The position numbers and the translations under genes were made by a program. 64,000 bases of DNA from Chrysomallon squamiferum (taxonomy: Eukaryota > Animalia > Mollusca), in assembly GCA_012295275.1 (NCBI GenBank), contig CM022667.1, positions 8,742,001 to 8,806,000 on the forward strand, given 5' to 3'. Positions 26,411 to 40,736 of this stretch are shown here, piece after piece. Every line of letters starts with the position of its first letter. The first letter of the stretch is position 1. The notes under the pieces are model-generated. The model ran no database searches. It was not told the origin of the DNA and saw only the letters and a program-made list of their open reading frames with translations.

Positions 26411-27449
26411 TAGAGTGCTACTGCACACATCAGTGTTCCCTAACATCTACAACAAGAAAATGTTAATTTGTTAAACATATCTATTCTCAATTTTGTTTTT
26501 CGCTACAGTTAACTCTGACATAAGTCTGTGTTTTCATATTTATTTATTGCTTCTAGTTATTGATTTTTTAACATCACTTATTTATTTATTTATTTATTTA
26601 TTTTGTTGTTGTTGTTGCTGCTGTTGTTGTTATGTTTATGGTGTCACAACTTCTGATACAAGAAGTGATACATTTCTGATACAAAAAGTGATACAATTCT
26701 GAAGTGTCAGAAGGACGTTTTGTAGCTTCATTTAAATTGTGCCATAGCGGTGGTGGTGACAGTATATAATTAAAAAAAATAATAATAATAATATAATAAA
26801 ATAAAATAAAATTTTCTATCCTTTATACAGATCTGTTCTGTTATGCAAAGATCAAAAGTTATAAAAATTAAAAACTGCACAAGAACTTTATAATGATTAT
26901 GTATTAACATCTAGTTTGCTTTTTATATCCTTAATTTATTTATTTATTTATTTATTTATTTATAATTTCTTCTAACAATGAAGTAATTTTTCAACTGAAT
27001 CCGTAGCAGATTATTGCAACATACGTGACAAGTATTTGCTTAACGAAGTTAAATGCTGCTTTTTCCCTTTCGCAGTTAACGAAAAGTAGACTTAAATATG
27101 GAGTCGTCTATGCAGGTTTTTACGTTATTTAGATAATCTAGAAATAAATTTCATTATAGTGACTTTAATTTCTTTGATATTATTAAATTTTACACCCATC
27201 CGTAACAGTGATAGCTTTTTAATTAACTAAAGCGATATTTTTGGGGACGATGTAGGAACATGTTTTTGATGCCAAAAAATACGCTGATATAATAAAATAT
27301 TTTCATTTAAGTTCCTACGTTATAAAATACTTACAGATAACCAAAAATAATATTTCACAATTATAAAAAGGGTGTATTTTATATTTCAATATATTTATTA
27401 AACATATAGAAGATATGAGAATTAAAACTATTCACGAAATTTTAATTTA

Positions 27450-27742
27450 AATACAAAGTGAACCAAAATTATTAATTGCAGATTTCGTACTACGGAGTCT
27501 ATGGAAACTGACGAAATAATGAAAGAAAACGAGTCTGTGGATGTCGATTCAAACAAAGAACCAGTAGATATTCTAAAGTGATAAAACAGTGTGTAGATAA
27601 ATTGTATTGTTAACTACTAACAGATGTTATTTTACAACCACACACTGTTCGGTCTGATTTCGTTTATATTTGTCAAAACTGAATTAGTAATTATGAATGA
27701 AATAAAGTATGACATAATCTATAAGGTAATAACTAAAATGCA
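27450..27742 (+). repeat. Right arm of the ~290-bp inverted duplication (partner 23773-24058)
   Basis: See left arm. Both arms carry a CAG acceptor at the homologous position (27479-27481 on +; 24033-24031 on -). Confidence 0.9.
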
Positions 27743-27748
27743 TTGTTT

Positions 27749-27781
<33 letters not shown>

Positions 27782-28494
27782 TAAAAAACTTTAATAGCTT
27801 TTATAATATTTCTCCATTTTCATATATTCGACAAAACATACATCATATTGTTAAGGCATACAAAAATAAGTGAGATAATCCAGTATAGTTAGATTAAATA
27901 TTGAATAACATGAAATGAAATGAAGATAAAGCCGTGATTATTTATAAAGTATTTCTTACTGTACCTAAAAAGAGAAGCAATGAAGATTATTTGATAATTA
28001 AAACATTTCCCTCAAATTATAAAATCATCTATCACTACCAACGTATTATTATTGTTATTATTATTATTATTTTGTAGGTTATCTGGAAATCTTTGGACAT
28101 CTGCGTAAACGCCAGTGATCAAATGCTTCAAAGATGGAGGAATTTACAGCACGGATTATAAGCGAATGGCGTTGTGGTTATGTTTGAGAAACGTGTATGT
28201 TTAATTAAATCGGAAATAATTTTTGAGACAGATTGTGAGGAAAATTCTTATTATAATAATTTACTACAGTCCTGAGATCTATATAACCGTTGAACATTTT
28301 ACGACAAATTAATCAGAGGATATTTTGATTTGTCATAATTATTGTCGCACTTAGAATTTGTCACTTTGTCAGTTACTAGTTAGTGTCAACTTCCTACTTA
28401 AATTATACTAAATTAATATGTCCATTAATTTACGAAAAACTGAACATTGAAAAGTGTAATGCTTGGCCTACTAAGACGGCGATTAAATCAACAA

Positions 28495-28714
28495 ATGGCT
28501 GGACATTTCAGATCTAATGTCTGGGACCCTGTTCTTATTATTTCTCAGATGATTTCAATGCAATCAATATTTTATGCTTTATTAGGGTTTTGGATCTATG
28601 TTTTGGATCTCATTGGGAGATTTGACTTGTCTTTAGAGCAGCTATTTTCACAAGTGGTAAGTAAAATGAAAAACATCTTTTCCAGATATAAAAACATGTT
28701 TTGTATAATTAACA

Positions 28715-28756
<42 letters not shown>

Positions 28757-29862
28757 TTTTATTATAAATGACTATATCAATTCTGAAAAACATTCATAAG
28801 AAGCAGAAAACTTATCTTAATGTAACCATTATTTGTTGTCTGAAGATGTGGTCGTGATAAAAAATCATGCTTTTATTATTAACATATGTTTAATGTTATT
28901 TGCATCAATTACTTTTCATAATGGATTAATTGTAAGACAGCTGTCTGCTGTCCAGAAAATGTTAAATTACTATAAAACTATAAAACGGGTGTACTTGAAG
29001 TGGGGCTGTTACCTTCTAAATTAATCATTTCTAATGAACAGAAAAAAATTAAATCAGTTTAAATAACTGCTATTTAATCACAACATTTTGAACCTGAGAA
29101 TTTACTAATTTATTTTATATTTTTATTAGGATTTAGGACTCTATGAGGACTCTGCCAGAACTAATGTAATTGCTTATGCACTTAACAGTTTAACATGGTG
29201 AGTACACTGTTTGTGTTAGTCTCAAAATTAACAGCTAAATAACATGGTAACTAATTTGAGACATTGCATCTTTCCAGTTTGGTTGTACCTTATAATAATG
29301 AATAGTAAAATCACAAATAATAATTTCTAAAAAAATTGGAGCAAGTATTATGCAATAAAATTATGGAATTAGTTATTTTGTTAGCAAGGTTTCTGTCAGT
29401 AACTCAGGTTTGTTTGTTAAAAGAAAAAAAAAAAGTAACTTATTAAATCATTAGCTGTTTTAGATTCTTTTTAGAATTATTGCTCATACTTGATCAGTTT
29501 TAAAAATTAATTAAGCAATTTAATAATAATACAATAATATTATCTTGTTTAGATGGCGGAAAAGAAAAAAGAATTACAAACTGTAAAATTACTGTAATAT
29601 GGAATTTAATTTTTATTTCAGTGCACTGGGACTATGGTTGGTTGTGAGGAAGACAAAACAGTGTCTGGATTTTGCAGCGACTGTTCACTTGTTTCATTTT
29701 ATAGCTTGTTGGGTGTATGGTGGTCATGTGCCGCAAACATTTTGGTGGTGGCTGACCAATATAGTGTCCATGACCTTAATGACCGTTCTTGGTGAGTTTC
29801 TCTGTATGAGAACTGAACTAAAAGCCATTCCTGTTGGCATGGGAGCCAAGGTGGATTTGTAA
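28495..29862 (+). CDS. SYS1: SYS1 Golgi trafficking protein, 156 aa
   Basis: Exons 28495-28656, 29130-29197, 29622-29862. MAGHFRSNVWDPVLIISQ..., LNSLTCALGLW.VVRKTKQCLDFAATVHLFH, GEFLCMRTELKAIP. Confidence 0.96.
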
Positions 29863-30952
29863 ATGACCAGTGGAAAAAAAAAAAAATTACATAATCCAAA
29901 TAATTTATTGTTTACTATGGAGCCACTGAACTGAAGATGTGGATCATACAGCGTATTTTAGCTGTTCATGTTTGTGTTTTCAAAAGTCCGGAGTTGGAAA
30001 CTGTTAACCAGTGATTTGTGTCTGCTGAAGAAAATTCAGAAGTAATATTTCTATGATGTGTTTTAGGAAATGTCTTCTTAATTGCAAGGTTTGCTGTGAA
30101 ATGTGAGAAGGAAAGAATGTTTTCTGGATGTACATGTACTTAAATATTTATTAATATATATATATATATATGTATGTAATGTTGAGTGGGTTAAGTTCCA
30201 TGTATTAAAAAAAACCCTAAGAAAACAATAATATGGAAACTGTGGAATATTGATCATGATGTAAGGTTTTGTGATGTGAAAATTTTGGGAAAGGATATTA
30301 GCACAAGATGAATTTCTTCTTTTCTTTTTTTTTTTTTATTGTGCAAAGTCTAGAACTGTTATATTGGGCATAATAATTGGAATTATTTCATAAAAAATGA
30401 TATTTAAGACTCTTTGCTTGATGAATTTGGAATAATTTATTCAACAAAAACCATTTTGTATTTACTTGTATCAATTTCATTTTCTTTTACATTAAACATT
30501 AATAGAAGTAGCACCACCTTCAGTTTTGACAGTAATATTTATAATATATAATTTTCTTTCATAATAACACATTTTCAGTGCATCATTTTTAAATTATTGT
30601 TTAATTCTTTGATTTATTTTTCTTCATTAAGAAACATCACCAGTGATGATTCATATATTTATTTATAACTGTTATGTTAATCTCAGGTGATTAATATTAA
30701 ACATTCAGTGGAATTAATGAAGTGAATAAATCATACGGCAAAAACTGTATTTTTGTTTTTGGAATTCTTATTTTAAAAAATGTTTTTGGTTATGAAAATA
30801 TGAAACTTAAAAAAAAAAAAGCATTTTTGTGACTGCTGCATACAATAAGGCTTATTAATAGCTGAAGTATCTAATATTAATAATACTAATAGCCATGTTG
30901 TACATACCTGCATTATTTGCAAGATAATTAGAAATGATCTAAAATATATATA

Positions 30953-31304
30953 CAGTCGTACCTTGACTTACAAGCTTAATTCGTTCCATGACTGAGCTTG
31001 TAACTCAGTTTGCTTGTATATCAAATCAGTTTTTTCATCAGAAATTAATTGAAAACTGCAAAATACTGCACAAAATACAAACACGACACAACAGAGATGC
31101 TTCTACAGTGAGGTAACCACACAAAGTAAATGAGTGAGATGCGGGATATTGTGTTGTTTGTTGTGCCAACTAGTGGAGGCGTATCTGAAGCTCACTTGTA
31201 ACTCAGATTTTGGCTCGCAACTCAAAGCAAAAAAATCAACCAAGTGACTGCACATAACTTGGAAAACTCATAAGCTGGGGCACTCGTAAGTTAAAATACC
31301 ACTG
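30953..31304. mobile_element. Non-autonomous Tc1/mariner-superfamily (pogo/Tigger-like) MITE, 352 bp
   Basis: Imperfect TIRs CAGTCGTACCTTGACTTACAAG ... CTCGTAAGTTAAAATACCACTG, with TA at 30951-30952 and 31305-31306. Subterminal CTTGTAACTCAG repeats. Confidence 0.8.
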
Positions 31305-32904
31305 TACATTGTAATAGACAAAATCATGAATCATAGTTTGAATGCCCCGTTACAAAATTGCCTGATAATAATTTTGACTCGAGATTGCTGAAACTTAAAT
31401 AAATTTTATAACTGCTGGAAAATTTATCTACACTAATTAAATTTGGTACATCTGTTATTTTGAATGTTTTGGTTACAAGACACCAATTTTTGAAAAACAA
31501 TAAACTGAAAAGCCCTTTTATGATGTTATTTTGAACAAGAGACTGAAGAGTAAAAAAAAAAAAACTAGTTTTAGGTATGGTATTTTAGTTTTTTAACGCA
31601 TTAGTCAGCTTTCATATTGTCTTATAAAATATTGTCTTTGTACTTGACCTCAGGCCTTGAATTTATTATTAGCAAAGGTTTGTGTAAAGAACCAGACTAA
31701 CATAGGAATAAAACTAACTGAGACTATATTTTGATAACACTACAAGAACAGTTTAAATTATGAACACTGCTTATTGAAAAATTAACAAAACACTGAAAAA
31801 GAAAACAACAAGAATAAGAGTTTTACACATTTAATACAGAGGGACATTTAAATAGCAGTTGTGAACTAATTTTCTCTAAAACATAATTCACTGTATTTTA
31901 CATCTGAAAAAATGTAGATAATTACATAAATGGCAGAAAACAGAAGCATTTGTAAAACAATTTCAGTACACTTATTTACATTCGGTAGATATTTATGTTT
32001 CACATTTTATAAAGTTCTGGTTTTTTAAATAATTTTAATAAAAAATCTGTTACCAATAGAAACGTAACTTTTTGCACATTTTAGCTGTGTGATTTGCATG
32101 AAATTATTTGCAATTATTCATGAAATAAAAATATGTTCCTTTTTAAAAAAAAAAACAAAAAAAAAAAAACAAATTGCTGTGAATACTGAAACATTCTTTT
32201 CTATAAATAAATGAAATGTACATAAAATATTGTCAACAACAACAATAAAATCAAAATATTAATTTACAGACATATGCAAAATTATTGCACAGAAAATAAC
32301 TTTTTTTAACCAATATCTGTAATTAATTCTTTTTAATTAATTGGTTCTTTATTGCTAGTTTTCTGGATTTTTATTTTATTTTGTTGCTTTCATTTTAAAA
32401 ATAAAAATAATTATTATGTATGTAGAATCAAAGTCATCTCAGGAAGTTTTAAAACATCATCAAAAACTAGTCATCTAGACGAAGTTATGGCACTGTTCTG
32501 ATAAAACAACAGCTTAAGAACACATATAAATGATCACATGAATAACATCAGATATTTTTTGTTTGAATGAAATATATTAGTTTAATATAAAGATAAAACA
32601 AATAATGTGCTTATTTTAAATTCTTATAACCCTTACAAACAGTTATAATCCACAGTGACAAAACTAGGATATTTTAAGCTGAACTGCCTTGTCTGTTTAA
32701 ATACACTTGAAATGTCACAGATTTAGAATACCTTGATAACACAGCTGTTTCCAAAAGACATGCCAAACATGCAGATAAACAGTTTATTTTCTAAATGAAA
32801 ACAGATTCACAATTTTGTTAATTAGATACAGATTGTATGAACTGCTACAAAGTACTGTACTCTCAAATGAATCAGTTGCACATTCTGTTAATTAGGTGTA
32901 GCAA

Positions 32905-33140
32905 AAGCATTTGGTCTAAGTACCACACCTTTGTATGCCACTGATAAAGTTTGTTAATCAATTTGTTAACACAAGGTGATGGGTCTAAAGTACCATACCC
33001 ATATTTAGATGAGGTTGATCATTTGTTAACTGGATTTAACAGAAGGTAACAGGTCTAAAGCACCATACCCAGATACAGAACAGGTTGAGTGTTTGTTAAT
33101 TAGATTTAATATTAAGTTTTGGGTCTAAAGTACTAGACCC
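32905..33140 (-). repeat. Degenerate ~70-bp tandem repeat containing copies of the VPS35 stop-codon region
   Basis: Plus-strand GGTCTAAAG(T/C)AC.A.ACCC at about 33121, 33051, 32981 and 32912. Confidence 0.75.
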
Positions 33141-36100
33141 TCATAGGACACAGACGAGTCCTTTAGTTCCATCCTCTGTTGTAGGTGTTCCAGTGTGTTG
33201 GTGAAGTGTTTGTTAATTTGTTCCGTTTCTTCATTGGCTTCCAGATTTGGGAGATATTCCCTGATTTTAGCTATAATCTGATTGAGTACCTGCACAGAAA
33301 TCTGAAAAAGATGGCAGAAATCAGATGTAAAAATATGCTGTGGAAATAAACAGTTTTAATGAAAATATCTTTAGGTATCATTAATAAGCAGTTTAATGAA
33401 ATGGAAATGTTTTGTGATAAATGAGCAAAAGACTATTCTACTTATAGCATTAAATCATGGCATTACAACTGAAAAAGACCAAAAATAAAACATGAAAAAT
33501 ATTAAAATAAAACAAAAAATAAATTGTTTTGTACAGAGACAGAGAGAGAGAGAGAGAGAGGGGCAGGTACTGAGGTAGACAGACAGAGAAACAAATCTAC
33601 ATTTAGCAACACTAGATTTAACTATCTCTGCCATGTAAATAGCTGCACTTATAATCTATACAACTATCTAACTAGATGAACAATGACAAAAAAGTACAAA
33701 ACCATGAAGTGTATATACCTGATCACAACCCTTTTCAAAGAAGTAGATGTAATGATTAAGAAGTTCGACAAAAAGCTGAACTTGAACTGAGCTGTCCATA
33801 CACTGAGTAGCAATCTTTACTCCTTTCTTCAGACAGTCAGAAACTCGTTTACCATCTTGCATCTTAAAGAAAAAAATATAAATATTATTTTAAATATATA
33901 CAAACATGTTGCTCTGAATGAGAAGGAAGGCTGACTTATTTAAGAAAAAAACCCATTTATATCTAAATATTTCATTTAATTTAAATTAAAAAAAAGAAGT
34001 AAAAAAAACAAAACCAAAAAATAAATAAAAATAAAATAAAAGGTATGTATATATTAATCATGTTACCTCTGTATCCTGTGAAGACGATTTTCCTGACCAA
34101 AACAGATGACAACAAATGGCCACCCCGCGACACTGATCTGGTTTTTTCAACAGCTTCGACGCTGCCAGTGCACATTTAGTTCTCAGAGGTTCGTGATTCT
34201 CCTCGGAAAAACACGTCATCTTCTCCAGTGTTCCTATTATCAGCGAGAATTGCGGCCAGCTGCGCTTTGCTGTCACTGATTTCATCTTCATACAGCGAGA
34301 ATGCCTGCAGTTCAAACAGTATTAGATTGTATTTATTTTAATGTTTATTTACAGCTGACTGAGCTTTTGTAATCTTAATGTTATAATCATATTGGAATAC
34401 AGAATCATTTAAAATTTGATTAAAACTACATTTTATCTAAAACTAGTAATTTAAAGTCATACTATAATTTTATCATGTGAGTTCTGATATCAGATTTGGA
34501 AGTTTGATGCAATCCATTTATTTATTTTTCTTCATTTATTTGATTTTTTATATTAAGTTTAATAAAGAAGTTTATAATTTAATAATATATATATATATAT
34601 ATATATTACCTGTGACATGAATTCATAGGCAACAGTTTCATAGTTTTCAAATTCAATCTGTCCAGCAGCCAGCGCCCCCTGTAGGAACAATCTCAGTGGC
34701 ATTTCTGCTTGTTCTGCCTTGATCAAAGCTCCGATAGTTTGATGACAAAACTGAAAAATCTTTTGACATTTCTTCTCCCAGTTTTCATCCTGCAACATTA
34801 AAAACAGTGACACACATTAAAAGGTTTATTTTAATCACATTTGTATTAATGACAACAGACTTTCAATCTGTTTGTAAAGTTTCATAAATTTAAAAATAGT
34901 ATATTCTCTGTACAGAATCAATCTAATGATTTCTTTAAAATTGTTCTACAATATATAACAATTAAAAAAAATATATTAAAAAAATAGAATAAAATAAAAC
35001 TACACAAAAAATACATAAAACCCCTGCTAATTATAATAACATTTCTTTTTTAGGTATCTTTTTCAAAAGTATTTGATTCACTATAACTGTTTAACAAGTA
35101 ATTTTAATATGTTTGCTTCTGTAACACTTCTTTTCATTTCAGTTAATATATAATCTGCTAGAATGATTTTCCAATTGTGTTTGATAATAAAAATTCTTCT
35201 TATGAATGGGTTTAATAATATTTTTTGTATTTTAGTTAGTTCATACAGTCTGCTAATTTAGTTGCTTAATCCTGTTTAATGATAAGGAACAACTTCTCAA
35301 GAATGACATCATTTAAGATCTAAAATTGTTATCAACTAATAAATTTCTCTGACAGTTTTTAATTTTAATTTTAAAAGCTACCACAATTTAAGCTGAATAA
35401 ATATGAAGTTATTTTTACCTCATCCTTCAACTCATGATACTTGAAAGCAAGTCTATAAGCTGCAAACACTATTGGAGGCAGTACATACTTTATTCTTTTA
35501 TCACCACCGCTACCAAAGTGCTTTCTTGCTGTGTTCAGAATCTAAACAAAAAGACAATTTATGCTTCAGTTAATAGTGTTTCTGCATCACATCATTAGTG
35601 TTCAACAAAGACAAAGAAGAAAATTCTCTATGCCTGTTAATAATAATGAATATAAAACATTAGATTATTTGACTATAAGTGTATATATGTACAGATCAAA
35701 GAAATTGAACAATTCAAGCTATCATGGAGATACTAATTTAAATCTTTATTCCATCTATTCATAATAAATATTAAATTAAAATATCTTTATTCCCAGTGAT
35801 ACATTCTCATGTTATTTATTTATTTATTTATTTTATATTTTCATTACAATAATTACCAGAAACTGTTGATTTGGATCATCTGAATCAAGGAGGTGGATGA
35901 ATCTACCCATAAGGCCTTGCTCCTCAGCAAAATCTTCAGGGTCATCAGGTTCCTCTGGCTGATCAGGTTGATCTTGTATCATACAGTTCACAATGTTCAA
36001 AATGGCATCCACCTGCAACAGTGCAAATAAATGTATTTAACAACATCTTAAAAATTAATTACATCATGTGCCTGAAATAACAAAAAAAAAAATAGACTGC

Positions 36101-39100
36101 TTTACCTCAGTTAAAAAGGATACATAAACTGGATATAAAAATAAATAATATTTTGTAAAATGGTATGAACAGCAGATGATAAAATAATTAATAAAGTCTT
36201 AAAAATAACATGTGACAATAGCATGTAAAATATATACACGTATTTATTTGAGTGTGTCCAAAACTGTACTGCAGCTAAACAAACATGCAGGTTAACTTTA
36301 GCTAAATATCTACTGATCACACAGGTATTAATAACTACAGAATTGTTTTCATTATGTACATGTTTACACACTCACATACACACAAAAGTCATATAAATTC
36401 TTATCTCATTATTTATTTAAAATTTAATCCAAAAAGTGGATTATGAAGCCTATTTAAATCAAAATTAGTATCTCCATGGCAACAAGCTGGACTCACATTT
36501 TCCTGAAGAGGAATCTTGATTTCATTTTCGAGAGCATTGTTGATGATGTAACAACTCATCATTTTTCTGCCCTTGTAGTCGAAGTACTCAAACATGGGTC
36601 CATAGTGTTGAAGTTCAAGGACAGTCAGTAGATTGTTGTACGTGTCAACAGGAATTTTCATCAGTCGCATTAGCTCTTTTGACACTGGGGTACCATGTTC
36701 CAGACTGAGAGACAAATAGTAATTTTAATATGTTCATCAGAAATTATTACTTCAGATAATAACTTTAATCTGAAATAGTTACTATTAATATTGGAATTAA
36801 TCATACAAATTCAGATTATAAACAGTTTAAGATAATAACTTTATTCAATAGAATTAAATATCACCTTGATCATCTTTTTCTTATAATAGATAATCTTAAA
36901 AAAATAAACAGTATCAAAACAGATAACAAAAATAAATAAATAAATAAGTAAATAAAAATCAGACTTTGTCACTGCATAACATGAATTTGAAAAATATGAA
37001 ATGCAATGAGTTTTAAATATTAACCTTGTTTCAAAAAAAAATAAATAAAATTAATTAAAACATAAATAATTAAAAGATAATACTAATACAAATATTAGTA
37101 AATAAATAATATATATATATGGACTTCAAAACTTTTAACTAAATCTTCTGATATCACCAGAGCTTTATCACCATATCAAACATTATCTGTATAATGTTTG
37201 ATTTCCCTAACTTATCAGTCACAATAAGAAAATATACTTGTTTTTAATCAAAGCAAACTTACTGGTCTAAATTTAGTCTATTAAATATTTCTTCAGTTGT
37301 CTCTAGGACTTTGTCTACATAATCGACTTTATCTGGGTAACATTTCAGAGCTAGGTTTATCAATGCCACTTGCAATGCCACAATATCTTCAGGTGGCATA
37401 TCTGTACGATTCTGAAGCAAAAAATAAATAATTTCCTTTCAATGAAGACAATAAAATTATTATCTAATACCTTTCTTTTGCAGTTTTAACAAGCAGTATA
37501 TAAAGTTCCAGCAGAGTTTCATAAGATTTGTAGTTTACTAATTTAAAAATATTTAACAGATTTCATTGCTAAATATTATCTTATCTAGACAGGATCTCAT
37601 CTGCTTCCATTTCTCGTACAGTAATAAAAGAGAAAGAGTTTATTAATACTGAAACCTTATAAATTTCTTTTACTATGTGTATTCTACATCTGATTACTGA
37701 TTGTATTTCTTATCAATAAATATGAATAATGACAATTTCTCTCATTTAATAGATAATGTTATCTGTGCACTTCAATGATAGTATTTTCCATGCACTGACA
37801 AGATACAGGTTAAAAATAAAAATACTTTCACTCACTTGTATCACCTGAGCAATCTGCTGGGAGAAGATATCAAAAAGTTGAATGTCATCAGGAATTCCTG
37901 GCCCTTCTTCATTCTGAGCAAAAGCTGCAAGTCTGTATGAAAAAAAAAAAAAAAAAAGAATGTGAAAAAAAAAATGTTTATATCAAAACCAATTTTACCA
38001 GCTTAGTTCATTTATCATTTCATAATTAAAGAAAATACAGATCACTACTATAAAACTATTTTTGTTTGTAGCACACCCTTTGGAAAATGTACCATTCCAA
38101 CCAGTGCTCCATAATATATAGATCAAAGCCTGAGATATGATTCTCTCTTAAACTCAGAAGGTGCATCTAAAAAGATTACATATTGCTGTTGAACTTCATT
38201 TAAAAGTAGGACAACTTAATTTCAAACCTGTTGGTTAGTCTTTTAAAACATGTGGTTGGTTTATTGTTTTCATCAGTGTTTCTTAGTTCTTTAAATGATT
38301 TTGTTTACCTGTCAATGAGAGCAATGATGATGTTCTTGACGTTGACGTTGGCATGCAAATCAGCACAGGCTCGCAGAAATGCACTCAAAGTTTGAAGGTG
38401 GAATTCATCTGGGAAAACCTGAAAAAAAAAAAAAAAAAAATATTTTTTTTAATAAATAACAATATTTTCACATTCAACAATAAATATATCTAAAAAATAT
38501 AATAGTTATATAAATTTATTTAAGATGTGTATGGATACCTAACATAAAGATAAAGTAATAAATATATTTATTGTTTCATGATAATTGGGTGTTAGTTCAA
38601 GTTTCATTCTTGTCAAATGAATAATAAAAAAGTAAATATAAATTAACAAAATATCGTACTGGAAAAAAAAGAAGAAAAAAAAAGAGAAAAATCTCAAAAA
38701 AGCATGATTTAAAAAAGGTAAAGAATGAAAATGAAGATATTTAATGAAAGATATTCTTTTTCTAAACCCAGAAAAAGGAGACCTTAAAAATAACATAATT
38801 ATTAACATCAGATACATGTTAGTCACCTGAATAATGCATTCCATCAGATATTCCTGTGCAATCGGATCTCTGCAGTTAACTGTCTGTTCCAGAATGTTGG
38901 GCAAAACAAGCTGTAACAAAATAAATTAATGTCTTAAAATTACTTTTACTTTATAAAAGAAACTGAATTTTTTGTTTGTTTTTATTATGGACAAAATCCT
39001 GAAATAATGATTGTAGGTTCGTGTACAGAATAAAGTAACAGAGTAATCTGTGGAATTTTTTTTAGCATACAATAGCTGCTTTTTGTACATTTATTGTATT

Positions 39101-40678
39101 CACAGTTCTGAATGATTAAAAAAAGAATTATACACTTAAAAGAACACTAACTTTTTTGTATTTCTCCATGTCGATGCACTCAAGCTGACTCAGTCGGACA
39201 AGATTGGTTCCTACAAGAATTCTCAGTTCTCGTCTCTCCTGTTCTCTTCTCTCTCTGTCGCGCGAGTGACCCTGATGCTGCATTCGTACCCACAGTTTGT
39301 TCATCTCGGAGAAGTTCAGCAGAATGAAGTCAATAGAGTCGTTAACAGTACCAGATTCACATTCACCAGAGCTGAAGTCAAAATAGTTACGAAAATATTC
39401 AGTGAAAAACTGCAGATTCAAATGATTAATTATTATAAAGTTAAAAAAATAAATAAAGAAATAAAGAAAAATTATATAATAATATAAAAAGACAAAACCG
39501 GTAAGAATGATCATACAAATTTGAAGCATTCATAAAATGTGAGGAATCTCTTACTTTAAAAAAGTCAGCAACAATTTTTTATTTTTTTAGTTCCATAGTG
39601 AAATAAAATTTTAAAAATATATATTTAAATATTAACAACTAGAGGACACTTTTGATGTATAAAACAATAGTTATATAATTAGGAAAAATATGCTTTTTTT
39701 TAAAAATAATACTTCTTTATTCTCTCTATAACGAAACAAATATATTTTTTTGTCAATTTAAAATATTATTAAACGATAACTATGTTATTTGTATCTTGTG
39801 ATACAAAACAAAAAACTGTAACACAAACTCGTATCATCCACAGTACCTAGCTTCTTCTTCCACATCAGGCAGGACATTCTTGGTGCACTGAAGAAGATAA
39901 TTGCGAAGGAACAGACCTCGGAGGGGGTGCTGAACTCCCCTGCACATTTCTACCAGATCCTTCAGAATATCTTTCCTTGAAAGTTCATTTGATTTGATAT
40001 ACACAACTCCAACAGTGATGAGAAGATACCTATTTAAACAACAACAAAATAGTAATAATAATAATTAAAAAAAGAGTAAAAACATAACAATAAAAGATAA
40101 AGAAATAAAATCACAGCTATATGATCATCAGCCAGTGAAGACACCTATTTGTCTTGTCAGATTCAGAAGTACAAAATATCTGCTGAAAACATATTGATAT
40201 TTGAATAGAAGGAAAGCATTTCTTAATTCTTTTATTATTTTTTACACTGAAAGAACAGATTTTCTTTCTTTTCGATCCCTTAATGTTTTCAAATAATAAA
40301 AAAACATTTTGGAATTCATCTTTATAAACTAATATTATCAATAAAGACCAGTGTTTTCAATGCAACTTGTAAAAACATTATTTTCCATAAGTTGTGAGAA
40401 AGTGAACAGTAATTAACATATAATTAAATACTTACAGTCTTGGTACAATATTCCCAGCATACTGCACAAGTTCATAAAGATCAGCAACTTTACGACCTTT
40501 CTGAAACTCATCACATAAATACATCTCCAGATGTCGAAGTTCATCTGATATTGCCATGTCTAAACTTTGTTAAGGAAATATGCATTTCTGTGTTGGTCTC
40601 ATGATAACATATTTTAATGGATCTAGAGATTAGTATAATTTGTTTAAAAAATTAATCTCTCTCTCTCTCTCTCTGCAT

Positions 40679-40736
<58 letters not shown>

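Noticed and set aside
22925-28400. EMC8/9 gene head-to-head with COX4, as in human
   Set aside because: No HxAKYPH..VNG-like coding segment found.
28447-28494. N-terminal extension of SYS1 from TTG or the upstream ATG
   Set aside because: MAGHFRS at 28495 matches the conserved SYS1 start and gives the usual 156 aa; the extension is unsupported, though not excluded.
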